This document shows positions 21,470 through 31,038 of a stretch of DNA of 64,000 nt, one piece after another. Source of the stretch: an uncultured delta proteobacterium (GTDB lineage: Bacteria; Desulfobacterota; Binatia; UBA9968). Under the pieces are notes generated by a model. The model ran no database searches and was not told where the DNA came from. It saw only the letters and a list, made by a program, of their open reading frames with translations. The position numbers were made by a program, and so were the translations under genes. The stretch lies in the NCBI GenBank assembly GCA_963727625.1, contig CAVSHR010000012.1:320001-384000 (forward strand), read 5' to 3'. How positions within the stretch are numbered: position 1 is the first letter of the stretch; each line of letters begins with the position of its first letter.

Positions 21470-22108
21470 ATGCCTGGCTCGCGTGAGATGATGCGAATCC
21501 TCAAATTGGCGCTGTTTTTCTTTTTGAGCGCCTGCGCTCTGGGTCCCGTCGAAACCAGCGCGCCGCGAACCTATTTCCTCAACCCTGAGATCTCGTGGAA
21601 AAATCCGTACGCATATGGCGAGCGCGTCGGCACCTCGGTTCTCCTGATCACGCAACCCGGATCACAAGCCGGCTTCGACACCGCCCGCATGGCCTACCTG
21701 TTGCGTCCGTACGAGGTTAACTATTATGCTCTCAATCAGTGGGCCGATACGCCGGCGCGCATGTTACAACGCGTCATGGTTGAGAATCTGGACAAAACCG
21801 GCCTGTGGAGCGCGGTACTGCAAACGCCGGGCGCAGTGGCGGCTCGATATCGGCTCGATTGCGACAATCTGGTTTTGCAACAACAGTTCTTCTCCCGCCC
21901 CAGCCGCGTGCGTCTGGCAATCCGCGCGCAAATCGTCGATACGAAAACACAGTCGGTTCTCGCCACCCGATATTTCGAACTCTTCGAAGCCGCCCCGAGC
22001 GACGATCCCTACGGCGGGGTATTGGCCGCCAATCACGCGTCCGCGAAACTGATCACTGAGGTCGCCCAGTGGTTAGACCAAGTAGTAAGAGACACCGTGA
22101 AAAAATGA
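21470..22108 (+). CDS. PqiC-like ABC auxiliary lipoprotein
   Basis: Lipobox LSAC; WADTPARML; last gene of the MCE operon. Confidence 0.85.
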   Translation: MPGSREMMRILKLALFFFLSACALGPVETSAPRTYFLNPEISWKNPYAYGERVGTSVLLITQPGSQAGFDTARMAYLLRPYEVNYYALNQWADTPARMLQRVMVENLDKTGLWSAVLQTPGAVAARYRLDCDNLVLQQQFFSRPSRVRLAIRAQIVDTKTQSVLATRYFELFEAAPSDDPYGGVLAANHASAKLITEVAQWLDQVVRDTVKK

Positions 22109-22422
22109 AAACATAGCGGCCAGCCACTCACGGTTCACGGACACGGTAACTTTCCTGACACGACCACGGCTTTTCTCCGCACACGATCACATTTGAGGAG
22201 GAGAAGGAAAGACGAGATCCCTATAAACCGTCATGGGACAGGACTTGATCGCCGTACTTTCGCCGAGCGCGGCTGATGTAGCGGGGCGACATTCTCCGCG
22301 TTGACCTCTATTATTTTCTCGCGTACAAGCTCAGTGGCCTTTTTTGCTGTTGCTGCCCCCTTCCACGCCATGCCCGCCCGTCGCGCTCCACTCCCAGGCG
22401 GAGCGAAGATTGAGACATTGCC

Positions 22423-22863
22423 TCAAGGTCGGTACTCGGTGTGATCCAGTTTGCTACCCGCCAAGTAGTCATGGATCGCCGTGCGTACGCCGTCGAACGC
22501 CAGGGGCTTGGATAGACAAAGATCAACTGTGGCGGATATCGATGGAGTTGGAGCGAAATCCCAGCCACCCATCCCGACGACAAACACTTGCGGCAGCTTG
22601 AGCTGCGCATGTTGGATGATCGAGGCGCAGTCGGGCAGATATAAATCGACGAGCAAGACGCTCAGATCAAGGTTCGCTTCGATGCATGCGACCGCTTCGT
22701 CCCCATCTTCCGCTTCGAACACGCGGTAACCTTCGTAACGCAGCAGATCCGACAGGCTGGATCGAGCCGAAGCTGTATTTTCAGCCACGAGCACTGAAAT
22801 CGCCGAATGCTTTTGAAACTCCAATCGTGACTCTTTCTCGCCGCGCCGCCTACCGTTGATCAC
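22423..22863 (-). CDS. Single-domain response regulator (atypical receiver)
   Basis: VLVAEN..LL..EGY.V.EA.DG..LLVDLYLPD..LSKP; start uncertain. Confidence 0.72.
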   Translation of the reverse strand: MINGRRRGEKESRLEFQKHSAISVLVAENTASARSSLSDLLRYEGYRVFEAEDGDEAVACIEANLDLSVLLVDLYLPDCASIIQHAQLKLPQVFVVGMGGWDFAPTPSISATVDLCLSKPLAFDGVRTAIHDYLAGSKLDHTEYRP

Positions 22864-23100
22864 GCTCGATTACGCGGACGATACCACTCCAAAGACGGTC
22901 GATGGTCGCCGAGCAAACCTCCCTCGCCTTTAAACCGGCGGGAGCGGTATCGATGATTCCGACGCCGCGACCGATTAGAAAGCAATCGGCGTGCCTAAGA
23001 ATTTCCATTCAATTCACGCGGCAGCCGTGGATTTTGCTCATCCGTGCGAAGTTGAGTTTTGCTCACTATCATTTCTGACAAGACCCGGCACATCTACCGG

Positions 23101-23205
23101 ATCGCAGATGATATCGGCATACCCCAACCCTTGGCGTTCGACGATTTCCATTCCGCTCTTATCCGGGGTCCGGGTATCTACCCGTTCGACCTGAGTTCGA
23201 TTCAC
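23101..23205 (-). pseudogene. N-terminal remnant of archaeal-type SAM synthetase
   Basis: MEIVERQGLGYADIICD versus IEIVERKGLGHPDTICD in the intact gene at 51825-53033. Confidence 0.7.
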
Positions 23206-23523
23206 CGGGATTGGTAACTTCGCCCGAGTGGCACTAGGCATATCTCGGCGGGAATTACTTATGCCGAGGGCTCGTTTTCTCGGAACAGTCCTATCCCTCC
23301 TCAGACTGGGCGCGCGCCAACAAACGGCTTGCCGGAAGCCAAGGACAAACCAAATTTACAAAAACATCGTCCCTGCCGGTCTCTACTATTGCGTCCTTAC
23401 GCTGAAAAAAGACTTCGGAAAAATTAAGGAGACATTTCTAGCTCGCCGCATGGTTAGAGACGATTGCGAAAATCATGAAATGATCGTCCCATCAACTTCC
23501 AGCGCGCTTAACTTCCGTGCCAA

Positions 23524-23727
23524 CTACGCCGTTCGTAATTCCACCGGGTAACCAAGCTTTCGATAAGATTTCAGGCTCAACAGCGGCTCGTGTTCACGAA
23601 CATAATCCAACCGGATTTGAAACCAAGTCTCTCTTGGCCAATGCCAGTTTAATTGCGGCAGCTCATCCTCTTCGTAGCAGCCGTCGTTGACCGGACTCTG
23701 TAAAAAGATCGACTCCCAAGCGTTCAT
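23524..23727 (-). CDS. Small hypothetical protein (67 aa)
   Basis: GGGAGGA RBS before ATG; sigma54-like promoter upstream. Confidence 0.55.
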   Translation of the reverse strand: MNAWESIFLQSPVNDGCYEEDELPQLNWHWPRETWFQIRLDYVREHEPLLSLKSYRKLGYPVELRTA

Positions 23728-23767
23728 AGAAATGTCCTCCCTCAAATTTCAATAATTCTAAATTCAA

Positions 23768-23782
23768 GCGAAAATCATGCCC
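23768..23782 (-). promoter_or_regulatory. sigma54-like promoter
   Basis: GGGCAT-GATTT-TCGC. Confidence 0.55.
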
Positions 23783-23911
23783 CGACTTGGCTGTGCCAAT
23801 TTTTGGGCTTGGTTTTTAGCCATCCGCAAGCGCAGTGCCAACGAGATTGCGGATCTAAACGCTAAAATAAAAGATTTTTTCTCTGAGTTTCGAATAAAAG
23901 CCTGCTGTGAA

Positions 23912-23958
23912 TTTTCAAATTTGCGATTATCCCCAAATCTTCTTGTCATAGCCGCAAA
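23912..23958. promoter_or_regulatory. Paired palindromic activator boxes
   Basis: TTTTCA-AATT-TGCGAT (23912) and TTGTCA-TAGC-CGCAAA (23943), 31 bp apart. Confidence 0.68.
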
Positions 23959-24177
23959 CAAACATTGGCGTGCAATCGCTTGGCGCTGGCTGTGGCGAGC
24001 CATAGACTATATCTAGCCGGCGAGACGGTCCTCGAGCCCCGATTCTCAGTGATGAAAAAGATCGATGGACCCGCTGATTTAGTTCCCCCATCGGGCAACA
24101 CCCAAGAAGCTCGAAACCGTTTTCCAAACCGCGGATCAACTGGACGACAATTCTGGGCATGTACCGAAAGAGCCCGT

Positions 24178-24192
24178 TGGCACAACAATTGC
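24178..24192 (+). promoter_or_regulatory. sigma54 promoter
   Basis: TGGCAC-AACAA-TTGC, perfect consensus. Confidence 0.8.
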
Positions 24193-24203
24193 CAATGCGT
24201 TAA

Positions 24204-24659
24204 ATGGAGTCCGCGACAGAGAATCGCCATCCGGGGAGCAATATGGATGCGATCAGACGGAGCGTGGACGCCTACACCAAAGCCGGTCGAAGCACAAAGG
24301 AGCCCGGTAGCGCGTGCCCCGAGGAAAAACCGCGTGGTCTAAGGTGGCCGATCGAAAATGTCTATAGCCGCAACGGTAGAGTCAATGTCGGTTCCAGTCA
24401 TTCGGATAAAACCATGAGGGCGGCTTTACCGGACATTCACCTCACCGACATCGGCAAGCAGAAAAACGGCGCCACACCGGGCGAAGTCGCCGAAAAAATC
24501 ATCGACGCCCTCAGGAAGAGCGTAAACACGACCGTTGCCAGCGTGGATACGAGCAAGGTGCTGGGCGAGGCCAAGAAACAATTCGGTGCCGCGAGCCCCG
24601 GAATCGAAGAGAAGACGAAAGGCGCGGTCAGTGGTATAAAGGGCCTGTTCGGCAAGTGA
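24204..24659 (+). pseudogene. C-terminal half of an AsmA-like protein (probably 5' truncated)
   Basis: SNMDAIRRSV..LPDIHLTDIGKQKNGATPGEVA..KGLFGK; no N-terminal membrane anchor. Confidence 0.5.
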
Positions 24660-24779
24660 GACGCGGCAATGAGCTCGCTCGCCGTGGCCTTGCTGCTTCG
24701 ACATCGCCGCTAATAGACCTATAGGATCGGCATCGGTCCGAAAAAATTATTATTCGATGCGCGGCGCGGGAGACGGCCT

Positions 24780-26126
24780 ATGCGATTAAAAGAGCGGTTT
24801 TTAAAAAAACTTTCCGATACCGTCCGATTCTTAAACACCGGTATTTGGCGTTTACAAACCCATAAACTACCGCCTCGCCGGTCGTTTTGGATCACCCAGC
24901 TGAGGATTTTTCTCTTAGCCCTTCGCCGCTTTAATTTAGACAAATGCGAGCTGCGCGCTTCGGCGCTAACGTATTATTCGCTGCTGTCGATTGTGCCGGT
25001 GGTTGCGCTGGCTTTCGCGATCGCGAAGGGGTTCGGTGTCGATAAAATCCTTAGCGAACAGCTCATGGCAAAGATGCAAGGTCAAGAAGAGGTGGCAGAG
25101 AGGATCATCGGCTTTGCGCAATCTTTTTTGGAGAACACCAGAGGCGGCGCCATCGCGGGAGTCGGCATCATTTTTTTGTTTTGGACGGTCATCAAGGTCT
25201 TGGGCAACATCGAGAAATCTTTTAACGATATCTGGGGTGTGAAAACCCCAAGGGCCATGGGTCGCAGGCTCGCCGACTATTTATCGGTCATGATGATCTG
25301 TCCGGTATTATTGATCCTCGCCAGCAGCGTCACGGTGTTGCTCACGACTCGGGTTTCATCGATGTTGGAGCGGCTGTCTTTCCTGGGCTATCTCGCCGAC
25401 GCACTGATCTGGCTGCTGCAAATCTTACCCTACGGCGTCATCTGGTTGGTCTTTACGTTTATCTACGTTTTCATGCCGAATACAAAGGTCGCGATGAAAT
25501 CAGCTCTCTGGGGAGGGATCCTTGCGGGAACCATCTATCAGCTTGTCCAATTGGCTTATATAACATTCCAGATCGGCGTCTCCAAATACGGCGCTATTTA
25601 CGGCAGCTTTGCCGCGTTGCCGTTGTTCTTGGTATGGTTGCAATTGAGCTGGCTGATCGTGCTCCTGGGCGCGGAAGTTTCGTTCGCTCATCAAAATGTC
25701 ACGACCTACGAATTTGAGCAGGATTGTCTGAGCGCGAGCCACTCTTTCAAGAGAACAGTCGCTCTCGCGGTGACCTCGCTCTGTGTGAAAAAGTTTCTGA
25801 AAGGCGAAAATCCCCCGACTGCCGGAGATGTTTGCCGTGAGCTGGAGATGCCCATCCGCCTGGTTCGTTCAGTTCTCTCTGAATTGACGGAGGCGAGACT
25901 CCTTTCCGAGGTTAGTTTCGACCCTGCCGGCGACGTCGCCTATCAACCGGCGTGTGATATTCACCGACTGAGTGTGGCCGGCGTAATCGAACGGTTGGAC
26001 CAGCAGGGCGTCACCGCGGTTCCCATTGCCGACTCTCCCGAAGTGCAGAAGCTCGGAGAAACGTTGAAGTCCTTTCGCGAAATGAACAAGCAGTCGCCCG
26101 CAAACTTAAAACTTCAAGATTTGTAA
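24780..26126 (+). CDS. YihY/BrkB family membrane protein with C-terminal HTH-like extension
   Basis: RASALTYYSLLSIVP..IEKSFNDIWG..YGAIYGSFAALP.FL.W..LSW.IVLLGAE. Confidence 0.9.
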   Translation: MRLKERFLKKLSDTVRFLNTGIWRLQTHKLPPRRSFWITQLRIFLLALRRFNLDKCELRASALTYYSLLSIVPVVALAFAIAKGFGVDKILSEQLMAKMQGQEEVAERIIGFAQSFLENTRGGAIAGVGIIFLFWTVIKVLGNIEKSFNDIWGVKTPRAMGRRLADYLSVMMICPVLLILASSVTVLLTTRVSSMLERLSFLGYLADALIWLLQILPYGVIWLVFTFIYVFMPNTKVAMKSALWGGILAGTIYQLVQLAYITFQIGVSKYGAIYGSFAALPLFLVWLQLSWLIVLLGAEVSFAHQNVTTYEFEQDCLSASHSFKRTVALAVTSLCVKKFLKGENPPTAGDVCRELEMPIRLVRSVLSELTEARLLSEVSFDPAGDVAYQPACDIHRLSVAGVIERLDQQGVTAVPIADSPEVQKLGETLKSFREMNKQSPANLKLQDL

Positions 26127-26201
26127 CCTATCACCAGGCTCGTTTAGCTGCTTCGTGAATCGCCGTCAAAAGAGCCCCACCCCTTATCCTCGGAGCGACG
26201 G

Positions 26202-26555
26202 ATGAAATTTGAACTTCGGCCGATTGGATGGATACGCAAGACCAAAACCAAGACTCGGATCGTGCTGTACAAAAAATTTCAGGCCGGACTCGCGGGCATC
26301 GAGTCGAAGTCAGAGATCTGGGTGCTTTGGTGGTTTAACCGCAACGATACGCCGGAACGACGCGCCACCCTCAAGGTCCATCCGAAGGGCGACCCGGCAA
26401 ATCCCTTGACCGGCGTGTTTGCGACGCGGTCGCCGATGCGGCCCAATCTGATTGCGCTGAGCCGCTGCAAGATTCTCTCCGTGAAGAAAAATATTATCGA
26501 GATCGACTCGATCGATGCTTTTCCCGGCACCCCGGTGTTGGATCTAAAACCGTAG
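26202..26555 (+). CDS. tsaA: TsaA/TrmO (YaeB)-like SAM-binding protein, minimal domain
   Basis: PIG..GVFATRSPMRPNLIALS..DAFPGTPVLDLKP. Confidence 0.85.
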   Translation: MKFELRPIGWIRKTKTKTRIVLYKKFQAGLAGIESKSEIWVLWWFNRNDTPERRATLKVHPKGDPANPLTGVFATRSPMRPNLIALSRCKILSVKKNIIEIDSIDAFPGTPVLDLKP

Positions 26556-26907
26556 CAGCAAGTTAAGGCGGCTCTCTGACTAAGCCGTGAGCTGTCAATC
26601 CTGGCCGTTGATGTCATTCTTATTGTCCGTCCTGACACCGGCGCCTGCAAAGTGCCAAGCGCTAGGTTCGAAACGGCGCGGGACGGATCACTAAGACAGG
26701 ATCACCGCAATTGGATACGACACGATCGGTGACGCTACCAAGAACCCAGCGGCCCATGCCTGATCTTCCATGAGTCGACATCGCTACCATATTGCCGGAA
26801 CTCTTGCGCGCCAATTCGATGATTTCTTCCGCTCCTCTGCCTTCCTCAACCAGGGTGGTTATTTTTTGTATTCCTGCCGCCCTCAACTCTCCGGCCTTGG
26901 CTTGCAA
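26514..26907. repeat. Direct repeat copy 1 (394 bp)
   Basis: Near-identical to 27708-28101; spans the tsaA 3' end, intergenic DNA and the USP 3' end. Confidence 0.93.
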
Positions 26908-26943
26908 TAGGATGCCGGCATCCGCCAAGGCGGTATCTAGAAT
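26662..26943 (-). pseudogene. Internally deleted USP remnant
   Basis: ILDTALADAG (N-domain piece) joined to LQAKAGEL...RPAPFRT*, matching the end of USP 27856-28734. Confidence 0.85.
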
Positions 26944-27026
26944 CGCTTCAGCCGCCGCGCCGCTTCGGCTACACGCACACCGACACAGCCAAACCTAGCT
27001 AAGACACAATCGATGAAAAAGCCCGC

Positions 27027-27338
27027 TCATTCATCGTCAAAACCCAAATGGCGCTCGACCTGGAGATCACGTCTCTGGCGCAAGACTTCCTCTTTCCCCA
27101 GAGGATCGTGATCACAGGGTCCGTAGAAGTCGATGATATCCCCTTCGCTAGGCGCTGTAAGAACCGGCTCCAAGTAGAGGGTCTCTTTCCTGATTGCCGG
27201 AAACTTCAGATGGCAGTAACTGCCGGAAGTATCCGCTACTTTGTAAATAACCCCTTCAGCACCCGATCTTGGTGCAGCGCTGCAGGCCAGACCCGTTAAC
27301 AAAGGTAGGACGCCCAGCAAGTATTCAATCTTCCTCAT
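27027..27338 (-). CDS. Hypothetical lipoprotein
   Basis: Signal peptide with lipobox GLAC; YCHLKFPAI..DIIDFYGPCDHDPLG; RBS GAGG. Confidence 0.72.
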   Translation of the reverse strand: MRKIEYLLGVLPLLTGLACSAAPRSGAEGVIYKVADTSGSYCHLKFPAIRKETLYLEPVLTAPSEGDIIDFYGPCDHDPLGKEEVLRQRRDLQVERHLGFDDE

Positions 27339-27707
27339 CTTCGCCTCCGTTGGATAATACCGTAACCTTGGTTTTTACGCTTTCCGTCCCCAAGCGCGGG
27401 CTCAGGACATTCTCAGGCACAGATATTGACCGGCGCGGCGGGCAAAATCAACTTGGTCATTTCGAGCAGAGCTTCGCGCCTTTTTCTGAGGGTATATATC
27501 CTTGTTCAGTCGTCCATTCGCAGAGTTGAATGTTGGATCGCTTCGTTCGGCGACAGTCGTAGTAAAACGCAGCTCGTGGCCGCCGGGTTTAATCATCATG
27601 GCACATAAGAAGCCGATGCTTTCCGGCAGCCCGTAGATTCGCCGAATGGAGTCGAAGAGCTGTTCGGCCGAGCCTCCCGGAAGCCGCAGGCGGGCTCAAA
27701 ATATATA

Positions 27708-28101
27708 GATGCCTTTTCCGGCACCCCGGTGTTGGATCTAAAACCGTAGCAGCAAGTTAAGGCGGCTCTCTGACTAAGCCGTGAGCTGTCAATCCTGGCC
27801 GTTGATGTCATTTTTATTGTCCGTCCTGACACCGGCGCCTACAAAGTGCCAAGCGCTAGGTTCGAAACGGCGCGGGACGGATCACTAAGACAGGATCACC
27901 GCAATTGGATACGACACGATCGGTGACGCTACCAAGAACCCAGCGGCCCATGCCTGATCTTCCATGAGTCGACATCGCTACCATATTGCCGGAACTCTTG
28001 CGCGCCAATTCGATGATTTCTTCCGCTCCCCTGCCTTCCTCAACCAGGGTGGTTATTTTTTGTATTCCTGCCGCCCTCAACTCTCCGGCCTTGGCTTGCA
28101 A
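27708..28101. repeat. Direct repeat copy 2 (394 bp)
   Basis: Offset 1194 bp from copy 1, few mismatches. Confidence 0.93.
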
Positions 28102-28734
28102 ATAGTCCCCGATCTCTCTCTTGGTCTTTTCTCGGAGCTCAGCCATGTCAGGTGGAGAAACGCGGGCGGCCAAGAAGTACCCGGCGCTTGGCAGACTATA
28201 AGTTCGGATCAGCGCCACCTGCAATCCCAACTTGGTCGCAAAGAAAATGACCTGCGGGAATATCTGCTCCGCCAAGTGTGAACCATCTAGGGGAACGATA
28301 ACGGTTTCCAGCCGCACATCAGCGTTGGGAGAAGCGCCGCCTTGGGGGCGAATGAGCAGGAGAGGATTCTTCGATGCCTGCAGCACCTTCTGGGCCACAC
28401 GCCCCAGCAGCCAGCGTTGGCCGCCGGTTTGCCCGTGGGTGGCCATCGCGATAAGGCTGTCGGCATCCGCCGAGGCGGTATCAAGAATGACCTCAGACGC
28501 CGAACCGGTTTTCACAGCGCAACTCACGGTCAAATTGCTTGAGAACGAGGTCGCCACTTGGCTCAGGTAATCCGTTGCCCGAGTCGGATGCAGCGATGAA
28601 GAAACCGACTGCGGATCGCTGACGTGGATCAGGTCCACGGGCAGTTGCAGAGCCCCGGCAAAAAATCCGGCGTAGGGCAAGACGGCTTCGGCCAGTTTCG
28701 ACCCATCAAGCGGGACAATAATTTTATTGTACAT
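27856..28734 (-). CDS. Tandem-domain universal stress protein
   Basis: MYNKIIVPLDGS..ATHG..; VIVPLDGS..STHGRSGMGRWVLGSV. Confidence 0.94.
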   Translation of the reverse strand: MYNKIIVPLDGSKLAEAVLPYAGFFAGALQLPVDLIHVSDPQSVSSSLHPTRATDYLSQVATSFSSNLTVSCAVKTGSASEVILDTASADADSLIAMATHGQTGGQRWLLGRVAQKVLQASKNPLLLIRPQGGASPNADVRLETVIVPLDGSHLAEQIFPQVIFFATKLGLQVALIRTYSLPSAGYFLAARVSPPDMAELREKTKREIGDYLQAKAGELRAAGIQKITTLVEEGRGAEEIIELARKSSGNMVAMSTHGRSGMGRWVLGSVTDRVVSNCGDPVLVIRPAPFRT

Positions 28735-28810
28735 TTGATTTACTTTCTTATGGCTCGACTTTGTCGCGCTCCCGCGCAGATTCAAGAACAGCTGACGAAA
28801 TAAAAGCTAC

Positions 28811-28825
28811 GCAGGAGCCATGCCA
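28811..28825 (-). promoter_or_regulatory. sigma54 promoter for USP
   Basis: TGGCAT-GGCTC-CTGC. Confidence 0.7.
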
Positions 28826-29020
28826 ACAAGGACGGTACGCGAGGTCAGGAATCGCTGCGACTTCGAGTTTGTCTATTCTCACTCATAAAAAAATAGCGCG
28901 TAAAAATCTCGCAAACGGGAAAGCGTCAACTCTAATACGATAACATCGCACTCCATTGGCCGAGATAGAGACGATCTGGTATGTGGATGACTGATCTGAA
29001 ACCAACAAGGGGTAAAAACG

Positions 29021-29761
29021 GTGACTACGTTTTTTTGGATCTTTTCCAGTGGAATATTGATGAGCGCGATCGCGCTCATCGGCAGCGTCACTCTGTTTCT
29101 CAGCGAAGCAACGCTAAAAAAATTATTGTTACCGCTGGTCGCCATGGCGGCAGGCACACTGCTCGGCGGCGCGCTATTCCACATGATACCCGCCGCCATC
29201 GAAAAGAGCGGCAACCAACTGTCGGTTTACATCTGGATTTTGCTCGGCTTCACCCTCTTCCTGGCGCTCGAACAGTTTCTCCACTGGCATCACTGTCACC
29301 GGGCGCCGAGCGAACACCGCCCGTTGACCTATTTAATTCTGATCGCCGACGGGGTGCATAATTTCATCGGCGGCCTCGCCGTGGCCGGAGCCTTTCTCAT
29401 CGACGTGAGAGTCGGCGTCAGTACTTGGCTGGCAGCGGCCGCCCATGAGGTACCGCAAGAACTGGGAGACTTTGGCATTCTCATCCACGGCGGCTGGAAA
29501 AAAGGTCCGGCATTGTTCTACAACTTTCTATCAGCGCTCACCTTCCTGGTCGGCGGTATCGTCGCCTACGGCGCGTCTTTCACTTTTGATGTGACTTTTC
29601 TGCTTCCGTTCGCTGCCGGCAACTTCATCTACATCGCCGCGGCGGATCTGATACCAGAAATCAAACATGAGGAAAGCGCGAGGCTCAATGTCCTACATTT
29701 GGTATCGTTCCTGATTGGTATTGTCCTTCTCTTGATCGTACGATTCGTATTCGAAGATTGA
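29021..29761 (+). CDS. ZIP family metal transporter
   Basis: HWHHCH loop, DGVHNFIGG, HEVPQELGDF, FIYIA..DLIPE. Confidence 0.93.
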   Translation: MTTFFWIFSSGILMSAIALIGSVTLFLSEATLKKLLLPLVAMAAGTLLGGALFHMIPAAIEKSGNQLSVYIWILLGFTLFLALEQFLHWHHCHRAPSEHRPLTYLILIADGVHNFIGGLAVAGAFLIDVRVGVSTWLAAAAHEVPQELGDFGILIHGGWKKGPALFYNFLSALTFLVGGIVAYGASFTFDVTFLLPFAAGNFIYIAAADLIPEIKHEESARLNVLHLVSFLIGIVLLLIVRFVFED

Positions 29762-29782
29762 CGACTTTTGGGATGCCCAACA

Positions 29783-30565
29783 TCATTCTGTTCTCGAACC
29801 CTTACGGAAAACGATGACCTCTCCCTCAGGAAGTAAAACCCATTCCTCGTTAACCGTAAGAGGTTCGGTGGCCACAAGCGCAAGCCTCTGGTTTTCACTC
29901 CGTGGCTGTGACATGCGAATCGTCAACTCCGCACCTTGGAGGCATTCACTCGCAGATCGACACTCCCTAGATACATAAAAGAGCTGGGTGGATCGATGCG
30001 CATACAAGAATTCTGTGTCCGAAAGGAGAAAATTGAAGATACCGAATGTCGACACTTCTTTCGCCCAGGATTGAATGACAGACAATTTCCGAGAGAGATC
30101 GAGAATCGTTTCTTGGGTCAACTCGCAGCGGAGCCGATCCATCAGCAGGCAGAAGGCTCTTTCCGAGTCGGTCTCCCCGAGCGGCAAATAAAAACTCGGT
30201 TTGCGACGGGATTCATCCAGCACACCCGGAATGTCGCCGTTGTGCGCAAAAACATGCGCATAGCCATACAGCTCCCGTGCAAACGGATGCGTGTTCGCAT
30301 ACGACAAAGCTTTCGGAGCGGAGGCCTGACGAATATGAGAAATTACGATTTCGCTGTTAAAATCGTGGGTCTCAATGAAGCCGAGACAAGCGCTGTCGAA
30401 AGCCGGCGACGCTTCCTTGATGATGCGAAAATCTCGCCCTTCGTGAAACGCAATGCCCCAACCGTCTCCGTGGGGTTCATTCCCGCCGCCTCTTTCTCCA
30501 AACGCCTTGAGCGAAAACCTCACATTGGTTGGAAGTCTGCTCGACATCCCGAAAAGCTGGCACAT
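29783..30565 (-). CDS. Class II glutamine amidotransferase (YafJ/EgtC-like)
   Basis: MCQLFG, DGWGIA, HIRQA, NTHPF, FAHNG, GETDSE. Confidence 0.92.
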   Translation of the reverse strand: MCQLFGMSSRLPTNVRFSLKAFGERGGGNEPHGDGWGIAFHEGRDFRIIKEASPAFDSACLGFIETHDFNSEIVISHIRQASAPKALSYANTHPFARELYGYAHVFAHNGDIPGVLDESRRKPSFYLPLGETDSERAFCLLMDRLRCELTQETILDLSRKLSVIQSWAKEVSTFGIFNFLLSDTEFLYAHRSTQLFYVSRECRSASECLQGAELTIRMSQPRSENQRLALVATEPLTVNEEWVLLPEGEVIVFRKGSRTE

Positions 30566-31032
30566 TAATCGCCCCCGCGACCGACAGACTGCGCGACGAA
30601 CTCACGAATCGCAGCGGCCGGCCGAGCTCCGGCTGTGCGTCCGATCGCTCTTCCATGGGAAAAGACCATCATCGTCGGTATTGAGCTAATCTGGAACCTT
30701 TGCGACACGGCCAGGAGATTCTCGGTGTTCACTTTAACGACCAAGAGTCGACCGGCTTCAGCGATAGCCACCTTTTCCATCTCCGGCGCCACGGTTCGAC
30801 AGGGTCCGCACCACGGCGCCCAAAAATCGATCAGCACCGGCACCGGGCAGTTCGCAATAACGGCGTTGAAGTGCTCCTCAGTATCAATTTCAACTGGACT
30901 CGATAGCGTGGGGAGCGGTGCCTTGCATTTACCGCAGCGCCCGCGTCGATCGGCATGCCTAAAAGGCGTGCGGTTTTTCTGGCCGCAGCGTGGACAAACC
31001 GAGAGAATTCCTTGTGGATCAATTGAGGACAT
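30565..31032 (-). CDS. trxC: Thioredoxin 2 (zinc-finger thioredoxin)
   Basis: CPRC..CGKC plus WCGPC. Confidence 0.92.
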   Translation of the reverse strand: MSSIDPQGILSVCPRCGQKNRTPFRHADRRGRCGKCKAPLPTLSSPVEIDTEEHFNAVIANCPVPVLIDFWAPWCGPCRTVAPEMEKVAIAEAGRLLVVKVNTENLLAVSQRFQISSIPTMMVFSHGRAIGRTAGARPAAAIREFVAQSVGRGGD

Positions 31033-31038
31033 TCGGCC

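Noticed and set aside
22109-22420. Possible ncRNA or riboswitch after the MCE operon
   Set aside because: No conserved aptamer or clear structure recognisable by eye; an Rfam/Infernal scan would be needed.
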